IMG/VR virus record: IMGVR_UViG_3300037258_000279
Coordinates: 29,665-93,664 of that record
Strand: one strand, 5' to 3'
Length of the DNA: 64,000 bases
From: a virus
Made by a program: the position numbers and the translations under genes. Of the stretch, positions 52,966 to 63,191 are shown one piece after another. The first letter of the stretch is position 1; each line of letters starts with the position of its first letter. The notes under the pieces were generated by a model. It had not been told where the DNA came from. It did not search any database and saw only the letters and a program-made list of their open reading frames with translations.

Positions 52966-53313
52966 TCACGCCGGTTCGTCGGGCGCCGACTCCAACCCAA
53001 GCCGACGATATACCGCACGAGTGGTCCACCGCTCGGTGATCTCCGAGGAAATTCTTGTTCTTATAAAATCCGGCACGGAGTCCGATGGCATTTTAGAGCG
53101 TGGAGTAACCGCCAAGCCGACTGTGCTCCCGCCATCAACACCCCAAACGACCATCGCCATGCCGGCGATATCTTTCCCCTGGATTCGCATAACGTCCGCC
53201 ATTTCCCGCTCAATCATCCGGCGCGCGTCTTCGGGACCGCGCAACTTGAGGTTCCGAATTTCGCCGCCGCCCTTGAATCGCACCGAGCGAAGTTTCAGGT
53301 AGGATTGCTTCAT
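52966..53313 (-). CDS. hypothetical protein
   Basis: ATGA coupling. Confidence 0.55.
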   Translation of the reverse strand: MKQSYLKLRSVRFKGGGEIRNLKLRGPEDARRMIEREMADVMRIQGKDIAGMAMVVWGVDGGSTVGLAVTPRSKMPSDSVPDFIRTRISSEITERWTTRAVYRRLGLESAPDEPA

Positions 53314-53495
53314 GCTTCGGCTGCCATGCTCCGATAGATTTCGCTCAGAAATTTCGTCAGATCTTGGTCGAAATAATCATGGAGATCCGACAGCGTCGAT
53401 CGTCGACGCAGGAACGCGACCTTGCCGGCGGCAAGCATCGCCGGCGACACCTTGATAGTAGATTTGGTCGGCTGTTCGGCCGTGGCTGTCGACAC
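53310..53495 (-). CDS. hypothetical protein
   Basis: packed in the operon. Confidence 0.5.
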   Translation of the reverse strand: MSTATAEQPTKSTIKVSPAMLAAGKVAFLRRRSTLSDLHDYFDQDLTKFLSEIYRSMAAEA

Positions 53496-53504
53496 CGGGC
53501 CCCG

Positions 53505-53720
53505 TTATTGCTTGGTGTATTTGTATTTGCCGATGATGTTGGTACGATGGTGCTTGCCTTTCGAATCGGCCGCCATGAACGCCGCGTGATCGGCCGCTGG
53601 CACGTCGTGATAGATGTACTGGCTGCCCCCACGAAAATGCACATGGAGTTCGTTCTTCTCGGGATCATGTCCGATCTTGTCGATGTTGGACGATTCGACG
53701 TCGACCATGCGTACGGCCAT
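53505..53720 (-). CDS. KTSC domain protein
   Basis: VESSNIDKIGHD...LHVHF..GSQYIY.DVP...FMAADSKGK. Confidence 0.85.
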   Translation of the reverse strand: MAVRMVDVESSNIDKIGHDPEKNELHVHFRGGSQYIYHDVPAADHAAFMAADSKGKHHRTNIIGKYKYTKQ

Positions 53721-56075
53721 CTATTCGCCTCCTGGCAATGGGGTTTTCTGGGCTGTGGCGATCGCGTCGTGTCCCGCCTGTTGCGCCGTCTGTGATGAAT
53801 CATGCCCGGCCTTTTGCGCAGCGAGCGCGGCATCGACATTTCCCTGGCGCGTGATCTGCTCGAGGGACGCCGCTCGATCGTTGTTGGCCTGCGTACTGGC
53901 TTTGGCGACATCGCCGGCCGTCTTGGTCTGCTGCAACTGGCGCTGCGTCTCGTTGTCCGCGGCCGCGGCGGCGGTGTCGGCCGCCAGCTTGTCGCGCTCG
54001 AGCCCGATCTTCTGCGTTTGGACTTGCGCGTTGATGAGCGTGTCCTGCTGCTTCTGCTGCGCCTGAATGGTCGCGGCCGTGACTTTTGGGTCGGGCGCGG
54101 GCGGCGCCGCGGCTTGCTGGTCGGGCTGCACGATGTAGCGATCGGGATCGGCGCCGATGACGCTGAGCGCGCTCGAGAGCACTTCGCGCATGTCCATGAG
54201 TTGCGGGACCTGCTGGGCGAGCATGACCAGAACGTTCGCCAGCATGATCGAATGCGTGCGCGACGGCGCGTTCGGATCCGAGGCCGGCACCAAGTTGAGG
54301 TCGGTGAACTCTTCGGCCTTGGCCCAGAGCCGCGCGTCGCGATCGGGTGCGCGCGGGCGATCGCGGCAGAGTCGGTTAAGCTGTTCCGGGTCTTCGGCGA
54401 AAAGTTCGCGGATCTTGCGCAACTCTTCCTTCTGGGCGCGATGGTTGCGCTTATGGACCGCGGCCATGACCTGGATTTGCTGCTCGATCATCGCGAGCAC
54501 GGTGCCGACCGGCATATTGGCGCGGCCCTCGCCCACCTCGAGCTGCACGGTCGAGCCCAGCCGCATCGCGTCGTTCTTGATGATCTCGATCAACTGCACG
54601 AACGCCTGGCTCGGCTCCTTGTAGGGCATCGCCATGGCGAGCTTGCGGATGTCGGCGTTCGGGCCGAGACCCTTGATGTCGATATCGACCCACTCGCCAG
54701 GCCGCGGCGCGATTTCGTTGGTCGACGTGCGCACGCCGGCGAGTTTGATTCCGCCAGGAAAGTTCGAGAACATTCCGGCGTCGATCAGCAGCCGCCAGCA
54801 TGAGCGCAGCGCCCGGGTCTGGTTGCCGAGAAGCTGCAAGAATCCCCAATTGTGATAACCGAGCCCCGGCACGAGCCCGAACTTCACGTACATATTCCGG
54901 TTTTTATACATCTGGTCTTCGGGGCGCCAATTGCGCCAGATGCCGAGGACCTGCTTCGACTGCCGGTCGATTGTGATCTTGTAGGGAAGCGGCATTCCCC
55001 AGGGCGAATCTTTCTCGTAGTGGCCGATCAGTTTGTAATCGTCGACGTCGATCTCGGTATCGGTTTCCCAAATCTCGTAGGGCTGGTCCTGGGGCCGCGT
55101 CGCCGATTCGGTTATCCCGACGGAGAGATTGATCGCGCGCTGTGCCTGCCGGCCGATGCCGTAGCTGCCGGTAGGCATGCCGAGATCGATCTTGCGGTAC
55201 TGGCCGACAAGTTGCATGCGCGCGAGTTGGCCGCGCATCATCTGGATGCTGTGGGTGCGCCGCAGCGCGCTGTCGAGATCGGTTGCCTCTTCCGAGACGA
55301 TCATGTCGGGCGCGAGGATCGATTCGCTGGTCGGGCGCTGGCGGATCGGGTCCTTGTAGATTTTCTTGTAACCGAGTCCGCAATAACCCTGGTTCATCAG
55401 CATGCCCGAGGTATCAGGGTAATACTCCGTCATCACCTCGGTCAGCAGATAGTTCATATCGTCGGCGAAGTCGCTGGCGCGCAATTCCTCATTGACGGAA
55501 ACGCGGCCGATTGTTGACACTTTTGCTGGACCCGCCGCGGGGAGCATTTCGCCTTCGGCCGAGGCGCCATACTTGACCATCGCTTCGATCAGGAGCGGAT
55601 GCCCCACCCGCGATATGCCGCGCTGGCCGACACCGGACTGCCCCGGTTCTTCGTTCCTGAGCGAAAGAAGATCGATGCCTTTGGTATATTGCTCGGTCCA
55701 ACCGGACCGCGATTGGATGTCGGACTCGACGCCGTCGGACACGTCCGATGCCAGACGCGCCAGGTCTGCGTCGCCCATTGTGATCGCGAGGTTCTCGCCG
55801 AAATCCTTGCTTTCGTCTTGGGTGCCAGTGCCGTGCACGGCCGGCGCCAGCATCGTTACGGAGCCATCATCCCCAATCTCAAGATCGGGATCGATGCCGT
55901 CTCCGATGTCGATGACGATTTCCGGACCTTCGCCGTTGCCCTTGATGATGGGCATATCGGACAGCCGGGCCCGAAGTGGCACACCGAGTTTTGTCGCCAT
56001 GCCGGCTTCATTGCCCAGAATAGTCGGGCGCTGACTCGGCAGGACGACAGTGGCGTCACTCGGCGGCATGGCCAC
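53721..56075 (-). CDS. portal protein
   Basis: FGENLA, HPLLIEA, MNYLLTEVM.EY, KKIYKD, LIDAG.FSN.PGG, MPYKEPS, PVGTVLAMIEQ. Confidence 0.9.
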   Translation of the reverse strand: MAMPPSDATVVLPSQRPTILGNEAGMATKLGVPLRARLSDMPIIKGNGEGPEIVIDIGDGIDPDLEIGDDGSVTMLAPAVHGTGTQDESKDFGENLAITMGDADLARLASDVSDGVESDIQSRSGWTEQYTKGIDLLSLRNEEPGQSGVGQRGISRVGHPLLIEAMVKYGASAEGEMLPAAGPAKVSTIGRVSVNEELRASDFADDMNYLLTEVMTEYYPDTSGMLMNQGYCGLGYKKIYKDPIRQRPTSESILAPDMIVSEEATDLDSALRRTHSIQMMRGQLARMQLVGQYRKIDLGMPTGSYGIGRQAQRAINLSVGITESATRPQDQPYEIWETDTEIDVDDYKLIGHYEKDSPWGMPLPYKITIDRQSKQVLGIWRNWRPEDQMYKNRNMYVKFGLVPGLGYHNWGFLQLLGNQTRALRSCWRLLIDAGMFSNFPGGIKLAGVRTSTNEIAPRPGEWVDIDIKGLGPNADIRKLAMAMPYKEPSQAFVQLIEIIKNDAMRLGSTVQLEVGEGRANMPVGTVLAMIEQQIQVMAAVHKRNHRAQKEELRKIRELFAEDPEQLNRLCRDRPRAPDRDARLWAKAEEFTDLNLVPASDPNAPSRTHSIMLANVLVMLAQQVPQLMDMREVLSSALSVIGADPDRYIVQPDQQAAAPPAPDPKVTAATIQAQQKQQDTLINAQVQTQKIGLERDKLAADTAAAAADNETQRQLQQTKTAGDVAKASTQANNDRAASLEQITRQGNVDAALAAQKAGHDSSQTAQQAGHDAIATAQKTPLPGGE

Positions 56076-56079
56076 TTAT

Positions 56080-56646
56080 TTATCCCAATTTCTCCGCGAT
56101 GGGTAGTCCAGCGTCGACAGCACCATCATCTCGCTCGAGCGTCAGGAGTGCCGCAATGACGATCGCCGTCGGCACGTTAATGGTGGTTTTGACGTAGATC
56201 TGGTGTTCGGGTGCGTAGCCGGATGCGATCTCGGCAAAAGGTCCCTCCCCGGCAACACCGAACCGCCACAGATGGTAGGCTTTCGGTATCAGGCTTATCG
56301 CCGCGTCGAAGGAGGCGCGGAAAAGTAAGAGATGGCCTGACCACGGCATCGCTGGATTTTCGGGCTGCGGGTTGGCGGCTTCGAACTCGGCGAACTGGCG
56401 TCGTGTGGGATTGGTCAGGCGCAAGGTGCGGCGCTTGGTTTCGTATTCCTTGTGCGCTGGCGTGGTCCAATCCCCTAAGAATTTATCAGTGTCGGGTGGC
56501 AGGCCAGCATAGGGCAGATGACCATTGCCCCATTCGGCATCCGACGGGATCACGACAAGCCGCTTTGCGACCTCCATGTCGAGGTCGCGCGAGAACACGT
56601 CCTTGTCGAGACGAATTCGGGCGATGAGGTCGTCAAGGTCGCTCAC
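56080..56646 (-). CDS. hypothetical phage protein
   Basis: GTG at 56646; SRDLD...SFDAAISLIP resembles 63460..63873. Confidence 0.6.
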   Translation of the reverse strand: MSDLDDLIARIRLDKDVFSRDLDMEVAKRLVVIPSDAEWGNGHLPYAGLPPDTDKFLGDWTTPAHKEYETKRRTLRLTNPTRRQFAEFEAANPQPENPAMPWSGHLLLFRASFDAAISLIPKAYHLWRFGVAGEGPFAEIASGYAPEHQIYVKTTINVPTAIVIAALLTLERDDGAVDAGLPIAEKLG

Positions 56647-56957
56647 GACGTGCCGCCGGCGCGCGCCAGGTCGAGTTTGTCGACGGCCGAGAAATCCATG
56701 GTGTGCATAGCGAACCAACGGCTAAATTCCGGGTGTTCGCCGCACCAGCGTTCATTCATCGTCGGCGGCCATTGCGACTGCACTTGCAAGGTCATCTGTC
56801 CACGAATCGCCCCCGGCGCCGGAACCATCAGCGCCGTCGGCGGGTAGCGGCGGCAAAGACCGCTCTTATCGTCGGTCGGCAAGAAATGAACGCAACTTTT
56901 GCATTTCGGCCGGCTTGCCGCCTGCTTCGCCGTCTCGTTGGTGTCCGCTTCACTCAT
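56643..56957 (-). CDS. small Cys-rich protein
   Basis: CKSCVHF...GLCRRYPP...WP...WCGEH. Confidence 0.7.
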   Translation of the reverse strand: MSEADTNETAKQAASRPKCKSCVHFLPTDDKSGLCRRYPPTALMVPAPGAIRGQMTLQVQSQWPPTMNERWCGEHPEFSRWFAMHTMDFSAVDKLDLARAGGTS

Positions 56958-57400
56958 CAGTGCTCTCCGCCCTTGAGCCATTGCAGGAAGGCGCCGGCGA
57001 ATCGAGTGATCGCGTCGACACCCGGCGCCTCGCCTTCCTTATGCGGCACGGCCTTGATCGCAAGGTCGAGGGCCGTCGCGCGGGTATGGCGCTCAAGCTG
57101 CAATTCCGCGACGCCGCGCTGCTGTGAAAACTGCGCGAACGCTAGGTGCAACTGTTGTTGGTTTTGACCAAGCTGCGTGACCGACGCGATGAGTTGCGTC
57201 GCTTCCGGCATCCTGGCCTCAAGCGCCGCGACGCGAGCGATCAATTCTTCGCCGGCCAAGCCGGCCCTCCTGCGTGGCGCCGCTGTCTCCGCGCGAACCG
57301 GTTCCGCTGGCGGTGCGTCGGTCTGGGCCGCGGCCGGGACTGCGGCCGGTGGCAAGAGCTCACCGCTCTCGGGTGTAGATTCGCGCGCCGACATTGCCAT
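56957..57400 (-). CDS. hypothetical protein
   Basis: AAGG RBS; TGATG coupling. Confidence 0.55.
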   Translation of the reverse strand: MAMSARESTPESGELLPPAAVPAAAQTDAPPAEPVRAETAAPRRRAGLAGEELIARVAALEARMPEATQLIASVTQLGQNQQQLHLAFAQFSQQRGVAELQLERHTRATALDLAIKAVPHKEGEAPGVDAITRFAGAFLQWLKGGEH

Positions 57401-57404
57401 GCTG

Positions 57405-57620
57405 TTACCTTCCCTTGCGCCGCTTGAACATATCGAGCGCGACATCCGCGGCTGGATCGAAGTGGTAGCGATAGGGTGTCGTGGTCGGATCGAGCGGTGT
57501 GCGCATGATGTGCCGCATATCGGCTCTGACCCGAGCTTTCATTTCTTCGAGGGTGAACGGCCGTGTGGTTGCTTGGGCCAGCCCGAATGCGTCTTTATCG
57601 GGTGCGCGCGTTGTGCTCAT
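57405..57620 (-). CDS. hypothetical protein
   Basis: ATGA coupling. Confidence 0.5.
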   Translation of the reverse strand: MSTTRAPDKDAFGLAQATTRPFTLEEMKARVRADMRHIMRTPLDPTTTPYRYHFDPAADVALDMFKRRKGR

Positions 57621-58087
57621 TTGGATCCGACCGCCGGCCGATAATCCTCCTGCTCCGAGATTTGCCGCGCAAAGATGTTCTTCCAGGAATCGTGCCAGTG
57701 CCCGGCAAAACAGTGCAGCAGTTCGTGCGCGATCGTCTCGGTGTCATCATCATCCATCATCGCGTGACCGGTTCTGGGATGCCCCATGATCCGGATGGTT
57801 GTCGGTAAGACCACCACGCAGCGCTCGCCTTGGTGTTCCTCATACGCGACCACTTCAACATTCGGACCGCTTGATTCCACTGCGGCGCGGATTTGCTCCG
57901 GCACCTCGAATCGCAGAACGATATCGCCGGGCGTAACCACGCGTTCGATATAATTCTGGTGAATTTCGGCAGCGGTGATCTGGACTTCGCGCGGCGCCAT
58001 CATCGCGTGTTCGTCGAATCCTATGCCTATTACAACGCCGAGGACAAACGCCCCGCCGATAGGGATAAGCCAGCGCAATTCTTGCAT
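57617..58087 (-). CDS. membrane-anchored HExxH metallopeptidase-like protein
   Basis: N-terminal TM; TIAHELLHCFAGHWH. Confidence 0.6.
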   Translation of the reverse strand: MQELRWLIPIGGAFVLGVVIGIGFDEHAMMAPREVQITAAEIHQNYIERVVTPGDIVLRFEVPEQIRAAVESSGPNVEVVAYEEHQGERCVVVLPTTIRIMGHPRTGHAMMDDDDTETIAHELLHCFAGHWHDSWKNIFARQISEQEDYRPAVGSK

Positions 58088-58353
58088 CAGTGCCCGCTCG
58101 TCACGCCGCGCGCGACCAGTTGCTCGCGCGCCTTGGCCGCAAGTTGGGTCGCGACCACCAGCGCGGTGTCGGGATCCCAATGGCAATGCGCGAAGATGGT
58201 GTCTTTGCGGTCGAGCAAGTTGATGCCGATGCAGTTATCGCCGCAAGTCACGACCTCGGCGCTCGATGCGTTGAGGGTGCCGTCGTCGCTGACGGAGAAA
58301 TCACCCTCTAGCACCTTGGCGGTCATGTTACGCATCCGCACTGTTGGTAGCAT
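58087..58353 (-). CDS. hypothetical protein
   Basis: TGATG coupling. Confidence 0.5.
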   Translation of the reverse strand: MLPTVRMRNMTAKVLEGDFSVSDDGTLNASSAEVVTCGDNCIGINLLDRKDTIFAHCHWDPDTALVVATQLAAKAREQLVARGVTSGH

Positions 58354-58568
58354 TGCGCCCGATCTATTGCACGAACAATTTTACCGGCTTTCTTGCCGCT
58401 TGGCGAAATTCATGTGGCGTACGTGTTCCTCGTGCATGTCGAGGTGCGCAAGCCAGTCCGCGATCGATTTGCATTTGCGGGCAAACTGTCCGTAGAGGCC
58501 GAGAATGGCCGACTCGTCGCCGTCGACAGCGACCGGCTCGAAGCAAAGGGCGATCTTGGGGCCGCGCT

Positions 58569-60305
58569 TCACGTCCCTTCGTACATCTCACGCACAGTCG
58601 ACCGGTCGGTGCGCCCTTTGAAGAGAAGCGATCGCCGCTGCTCGCGCCGGTATTCGTCGCCCAGGCTCAGGATGCCCTGCCGGCGCATCCAAATAAGCGC
58701 CGAGCTCATCGTGTCGCTCAGGTCCGAGAACTGCGCCCGGGGCTGCGCCGCCACTTCCGAGATGACTTGGTCCGCCCAGATCTTGTCCGGCGCCCAGACG
58801 CGATCGTTGGTGAAGAGCGGCACGCATGCCTCAAGCCGGATTTCCTTCGAGCCGGCTGGCTCGAAATAGACGAGGTTGTAGGGCCACTCTGCCATCTGGC
58901 GCTCGAGCTCCTGATAGAGATCGGTGCCGCGGGTCTTGTGCTCGATCAGGATGGTATCAACCTGGCGGGTGCTGGCGATCTCGTGGATCGTCTCGACCAA
59001 GCCCTTCTTTTCCTTCGGGTTCTTCGACTCCGGCATACCGCGTAGGCGCGGACGCCCGCGCCAGGCGTGCATCAGCATGGCCCGCGGCGCGTCTTCTTTG
59101 TCGTGCCACACGCCCCAGCACGTTGCGGCCGACCACGAATTGTCCTGCTTTTCGCCATAGGCGGTATCCACGGAGAGCAGCCGATACGAGAATTCCGGGA
59201 AGGCGATGTGCCGATTGGCCACCGAATCGCAGGACGGACACTCGATCGTCTCGTCGTCGGTATCGGGTTTCCTGCCGTGCCAGCCACACATCGTACACTG
59301 GTAAATCGCGTCGACCAGGTCGGCTTCGGGGAAATCGCCCGGCCACAGGCGCCACATGGCGCGCTTGATGATCTCGCCGCCCTTGGTAGTCGGGCTCTGC
59401 TGGAGCTGCCCGGCCACGCCGTACTCGGTCAACTCCTTCTCTTCCTGCTCGACGATCTCTTCGTTCCAGACTTCGGGCCACAGCAGCTCGCCCTCTTCGG
59501 TGCGTGGATCCTCGGGGACGGCCCGGCGCACTTCATAGCGCATCGGGAACATCAGGTGCTTCACGACGCCCCAATTCTCCAACGCATAGTTCGTGGCGTC
59601 GTCGAGATGGAGCCGCTGCATCACCAAGATTCGCGCCGACCTTCTGGGATCGGTGACGCGAGTGACGAGCGAGCGCATCGCATCAATGGTGGCGCGCCGC
59701 TGGATGTCCGACTCGGCTCCTTCCAAGTTATGTGGGTCGTCGACGATCTGGATGTCGCCGCCGCGGCCGAGCAAGCCACCTTCGATCGAACTCGACAGCC
59801 GCTCGCCGCCGAGCATGTTGGCGAAGTTATTGCGGTTCGACTGATCGTCACGGATCTCGACCTGGTGGCCCCAATGGGACTGGTACCAATACCCCTGAAT
59901 GAGCCGGCGCGCCTTCACTGCGATTTCCTCGGCGAGCTTGGCGCCGTAGGAGACGCACAGAAACTTCACATGTGGCCCCATCAGCGGGGCCCAGCGTTCG
60001 GGCGGCTGGCACCAGATCCACGCCTGGAAACAGATCGAAACGAGGCTGGTCTTGGTCGTGCGCGGCGGCTGGTTGTCGATGAGGTTGCGGATCTCGCCGC
60101 GGGCCACTGCCTCGAGATGTCCCGCGATCACTTGGTGATGCCAGTTGATATCTGGATCGCCAGGCTCGCCCATATGTGGCCACGCGCAGACCAGGAAATC
60201 GAGCAGGGAGTCCTCACATCGCTCGCGTTCGACCCGCCTCTCGTACGCCGATAAAGCTTTCAGCAACGTCTTTCGGGATGTCAGCGTCGATAAGTTTTTG
60301 GACAA
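58569..60305 (-). CDS. terL: terminase large subunit
   Basis: NQPPRTTKT Walker A, GRGGDIQIVDDPH Walker B, MQRLH, GQLQQSP, SVDTAY nuclease, SDLSD. Confidence 0.95.
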   Translation of the reverse strand: MSKNLSTLTSRKTLLKALSAYERRVERERCEDSLLDFLVCAWPHMGEPGDPDINWHHQVIAGHLEAVARGEIRNLIDNQPPRTTKTSLVSICFQAWIWCQPPERWAPLMGPHVKFLCVSYGAKLAEEIAVKARRLIQGYWYQSHWGHQVEIRDDQSNRNNFANMLGGERLSSSIEGGLLGRGGDIQIVDDPHNLEGAESDIQRRATIDAMRSLVTRVTDPRRSARILVMQRLHLDDATNYALENWGVVKHLMFPMRYEVRRAVPEDPRTEEGELLWPEVWNEEIVEQEEKELTEYGVAGQLQQSPTTKGGEIIKRAMWRLWPGDFPEADLVDAIYQCTMCGWHGRKPDTDDETIECPSCDSVANRHIAFPEFSYRLLSVDTAYGEKQDNSWSAATCWGVWHDKEDAPRAMLMHAWRGRPRLRGMPESKNPKEKKGLVETIHEIASTRQVDTILIEHKTRGTDLYQELERQMAEWPYNLVYFEPAGSKEIRLEACVPLFTNDRVWAPDKIWADQVISEVAAQPRAQFSDLSDTMSSALIWMRRQGILSLGDEYRREQRRSLLFKGRTDRSTVREMYEGT

Positions 60306-61077
60306 GGACTTCTCTCAACTGCTCGCTGGTCATGTGCTCGAACTCACCCGGTTTACCGGTTTCCTTGCGCTCGATCAACATGCCGAGGTGCTTGGCAATC
60401 TGTTGAAGCGCCTGGTCCTGGTTGCGCGTCAGGATCTCCATCGAGCCTGACGACGTCTGCTTCACGCCGGCATAGAGGCGCCGCGCGCCGGGCGACAGAT
60501 ACCGCGTGTCCTTGAAGAGCGCCTTGCTCACGCCTTCGCCGTGGCACTCCGGACATTCGCGATTGGGCGGCTTGTGCGGATTGAAGCCGACGCCGCCCTG
60601 CGTCTCGAAGCGCGGGATCGCCTTCTTGGTATTGGGGTGATCCTGATTGTGCTGAAGCACCCGCTGATATTCGATCTGGTAGGCCGCCTTGTCGCGACGC
60701 TGTTCCTCTGGCGTCCGCTGATAGCGAAACCCTTTTCCGTAGCAAAATCGACAGCAATCGCGGCGGTGCTCGACCAATTCGTTGACGTCGGTGGCATGAA
60801 TGCTCCACCAGTTGAGCAGTACCTTTTCGGGCGTGACTTCCGCGCCTTCGACATCATCGTCGGTCAGCACCATCTCGTGGAAGCATTGCAGAATCTTCGG
60901 CTTGCGCATCATGCGCGTGGCGAGCTGTGCCGCACTCTTGGCGCTATAGCCGGCCGCTTTGGCGGCAAGTTCCGGGTTCTGCGGCGCCCCGGCGTGCGCT
61001 TGCAGTTTGAGTTGCCGGACGAACTCGACTTGGTTTGCCTTCAGTCCAGCGAACGAATGGACGTGGGGCGAGGTCAA
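60214..61077 (-). CDS. terS: terminase small subunit with zinc-finger insert
   Basis: AAKAAGYSAKSA HTH; CCRFCYG...CPECHGEG; LYAGVKQT; AKHLGM; upstream of terL. Confidence 0.85.
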   Translation of the reverse strand: MTSPHVHSFAGLKANQVEFVRQLKLQAHAGAPQNPELAAKAAGYSAKSAAQLATRMMRKPKILQCFHEMVLTDDDVEGAEVTPEKVLLNWWSIHATDVNELVEHRRDCCRFCYGKGFRYQRTPEEQRRDKAAYQIEYQRVLQHNQDHPNTKKAIPRFETQGGVGFNPHKPPNRECPECHGEGVSKALFKDTRYLSPGARRLYAGVKQTSSGSMEILTRNQDQALQQIAKHLGMLIERKETGKPGEFEHMTSEQLREVLVQKLIDADIPKDVAESFIGVREAGRTRAM

Positions 61078-61355
61078 TCGCGGGTCTTTACGGGCATCGT
61101 GATTTCCTCGCGCATGCGCCAAATCGCATTGCCGCAACGAGTCGCGGTAAGCGTCACCAGCGCGGCAATCTCCTTGGCGCTGTAATATCGGCCTTTCGGT
61201 GTGCCGGGAAGTTCCTCAGCGAGCCGATCGCACAGCGCCGCGGCATCAGACATGCCGCACCGCATGGCGGCGCGCTCATCTACCGTCCGGTATATCTTCA
61301 TGGCGACTTCCGCCATCTTTACCGCCGAGGGATGGGCCACATGATCCACAGCCAT
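61074..61355 (-). CDS. hypothetical protein
   Basis: GGAGG RBS; overlap coupling. Confidence 0.5.
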   Translation of the reverse strand: MAVDHVAHPSAVKMAEVAMKIYRTVDERAAMRCGMSDAAALCDRLAEELPGTPKGRYYSAKEIAALVTLTATRCGNAIWRMREEITMPVKTRD

Positions 61356-61567
61356 CACTTCCCTCCCTTGGTGGTGCCGGGGGCGATGGATATTCCGCGA
61401 CGCGGGCATAGTGGCGCTTCGCATGTCGCATTCGCTCCGGGCGGACAAATGCAGCCCATTGGCTTCGGCGGTTGCTGGTTGCACCATGCGCATGCTTGCC
61501 ACGGCGTTACGCCGTGCTGACAGCGAAGATCGACACCCGGACCTCCTGATGTGTCTGTAATCGTCAT
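61355..61567 (-). CDS. small Cys-rich protein
   Basis: CQHG...CAWC...GCICPPGAN.TC...CPR. Confidence 0.55.
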   Translation of the reverse strand: MTITDTSGGPGVDLRCQHGVTPWQACAWCNQQPPKPMGCICPPGANATCEAPLCPRRGISIAPGTTKGGK

Positions 61568-61899
61568 TCCGGTTTCCTCGTCTGTGCCGGGGTTTTCGGG
61601 ATGGCGTTGAGCGCGTCGCTCAGAGCGACATAGCATTCCTCGACGCGCCTAAATCGCTTGCCGATCTCCGGCGCGGCATCGCGGATTTCAGCCAACAGGC
61701 TTTGCGCCTCGCTGGCCGCGTCGTAGAGCCGCCTGTCCGCAAATAGATTTCCGAACGGCGACACGAAGGGATCAACTCGTCGTGGCGAAGCGCATCGGCA
61801 AATCGCATCAGGGTTAATCCCCCACGGTCCCTCACCAAGGATCGCCTTGTGGCAGTTCGCGCACGTCCAGCTTTCGCCGTATCCGGGTCTATCGCTCAT
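61564..61899 (-). CDS. hypothetical protein
   Basis: ATGA coupling. Confidence 0.5.
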   Translation of the reverse strand: MSDRPGYGESWTCANCHKAILGEGPWGINPDAICRCASPRRVDPFVSPFGNLFADRRLYDAASEAQSLLAEIRDAAPEIGKRFRRVEECYVALSDALNAIPKTPAQTRKPE

Positions 61900-62111
61900 T
61901 CATTCCTCGTCTGTGGGACGGTGGCGGCGGGCTTAGCGTAGAGCGCGAATCGCCAGAGCGGCGTGTAGCTGACCAGATTATTGTTGCCCGGAACGCGCCA
62001 CTGCACTGTCGGCGAGCCATCCCGCGATGTCTCTGCTTCGATAGCGGAGACGATGCAAATGCGCCGCCGAAAGACATACCGCTCTCCGACCTTAACCGGA
62101 GCGTCGCTCAC
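61896..62111 (-). CDS. hypothetical protein
   Basis: GTGA coupling; GGAG RBS. Confidence 0.5.
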   Translation of the reverse strand: MSDAPVKVGERYVFRRRICIVSAIEAETSRDGSPTVQWRVPGNNNLVSYTPLWRFALYAKPAATVPQTRNE

Positions 62112-62305
62112 CCTTGTTCTCCCCTCTCGGCTCGGTCTTTTTCGCGCGCTGTCCATGCGAGCATCGCCACTTCTTGCAGAAGCTCACCAATTAACTTGCT
62201 CGCTGTGTCATTGTAGAAGCCACGATCTTTGAGAGACGATACTAGGCGCGCGGCCATCTCAAGGCATTCCGATACATATTCCGGTCGGCTATCTCTATCG
62301 CTCAT
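62108..62305 (-). CDS. hypothetical protein
   Basis: ATGA coupling. Confidence 0.5.
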   Translation of the reverse strand: MSDRDSRPEYVSECLEMAARLVSSLKDRGFYNDTASKLIGELLQEVAMLAWTAREKDRAERGEQG

Positions 62306-62649
62306 ACAGCGTCACCCCTCTCAGCGGCGGCGACCAATGATCGCGCCCATTCCATGTCGGCCTCAGTCGGCTTCTCAATTCCAAGACCACTCGCGATGAA
62401 AAAGAATATCAGTGCACCCTCGGTATTGGGGTATCGTTTCACCGCCTCAGCAAACGCCTCTTTGGCGAACGCGCGCTCGACCACGACCATCCCCGCCTCG
62501 GCTCTAGCAGCGTCGAGGGCGGCGAGGGCGATTTCTGCTTGTTTGATGCAGCGCGGTTCTTTCTGGCAGCACGAGTTCAACGGCGACGGGCCGTTAGGGT
62601 AATGACACAGCGCCATCGCGACCTTCTCGACAATGGACGGATCAGTCAT
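62302..62649 (-). CDS. hypothetical protein
   Basis: ATGA coupling. Confidence 0.55.
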   Translation of the reverse strand: MTDPSIVEKVAMALCHYPNGPSPLNSCCQKEPRCIKQAEIALAALDAARAEAGMVVVERAFAKEAFAEAVKRYPNTEGALIFFFIASGLGIEKPTEADMEWARSLVAAAERGDAV

Positions 62650-63191
62650 GCTGGCACCCATTGCGTGAGCGTCGCGGCATCCGGCAACCGAGCCTTGCCG
62701 CGCGCCATCGGGTGTTTCGGTGCGCCGCCGTTAGTAAACCCGAACGCGTAGAGCGGAAAGTCAGTCCCAAGTGCCCGCCAGAATGTCTTAATCCAGTCAT
62801 CTTCGAGATAACAATTGCCCGACGCAGCAACGACAGTATCAGCCTCGCGACAGATTTCGCGCGCGATCGTGAGCGACCATTCGCGGTAAGCGTGGCGCTC
62901 CTCAAGTCCGAGGTCGTCGTACCATTTATAAAGCGCAGACGGCTGGGATGCGCGGAACGGGTGCGGATTGAAAGCGATGTATCGCCCGTAGCCAAGGTGC
63001 CGGAGAAACGTGTTGAGCCGCAGGATGGTCGGATCGTTCTTACCGCCGGCGTCTGATTCTGCCGTTGACGAGTTCTGCATCCCGACCGCTGCCACGCGGG
63101 GATTGACAGGATCGATGATGCGGTCGAGCCGAACGCGAAATAGCGGTTCGCTGAATACAAATTGGCGCTCGACGATGGGCGAGGAGGTCAT
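62646..63191 (-). CDS. DUF1643-like protein
   Basis: NSSTA...NDPTI.R...FRASQP...VVAASG...G.T..GAPKHP pattern. Confidence 0.7.
   Translation of the reverse strand: MTSSPIVERQFVFSEPLFRVRLDRIIDPVNPRVAAVGMQNSSTAESDAGGKNDPTILRLNTFLRHLGYGRYIAFNPHPFRASQPSALYKWYDDLGLEERHAYREWSLTIAREICREADTVVAASGNCYLEDDWIKTFWRALGTDFPLYAFGFTNGGAPKHPMARGKARLPDAATLTQWVPA

Noticed and set aside
15699-61520. Long + strand ORFs antisense to structural genes (e.g. 17244..18260, 53802..54803, 59067..60254)
   Set aside because: Typical GC-rich shadow frames opposite well-supported - strand genes.
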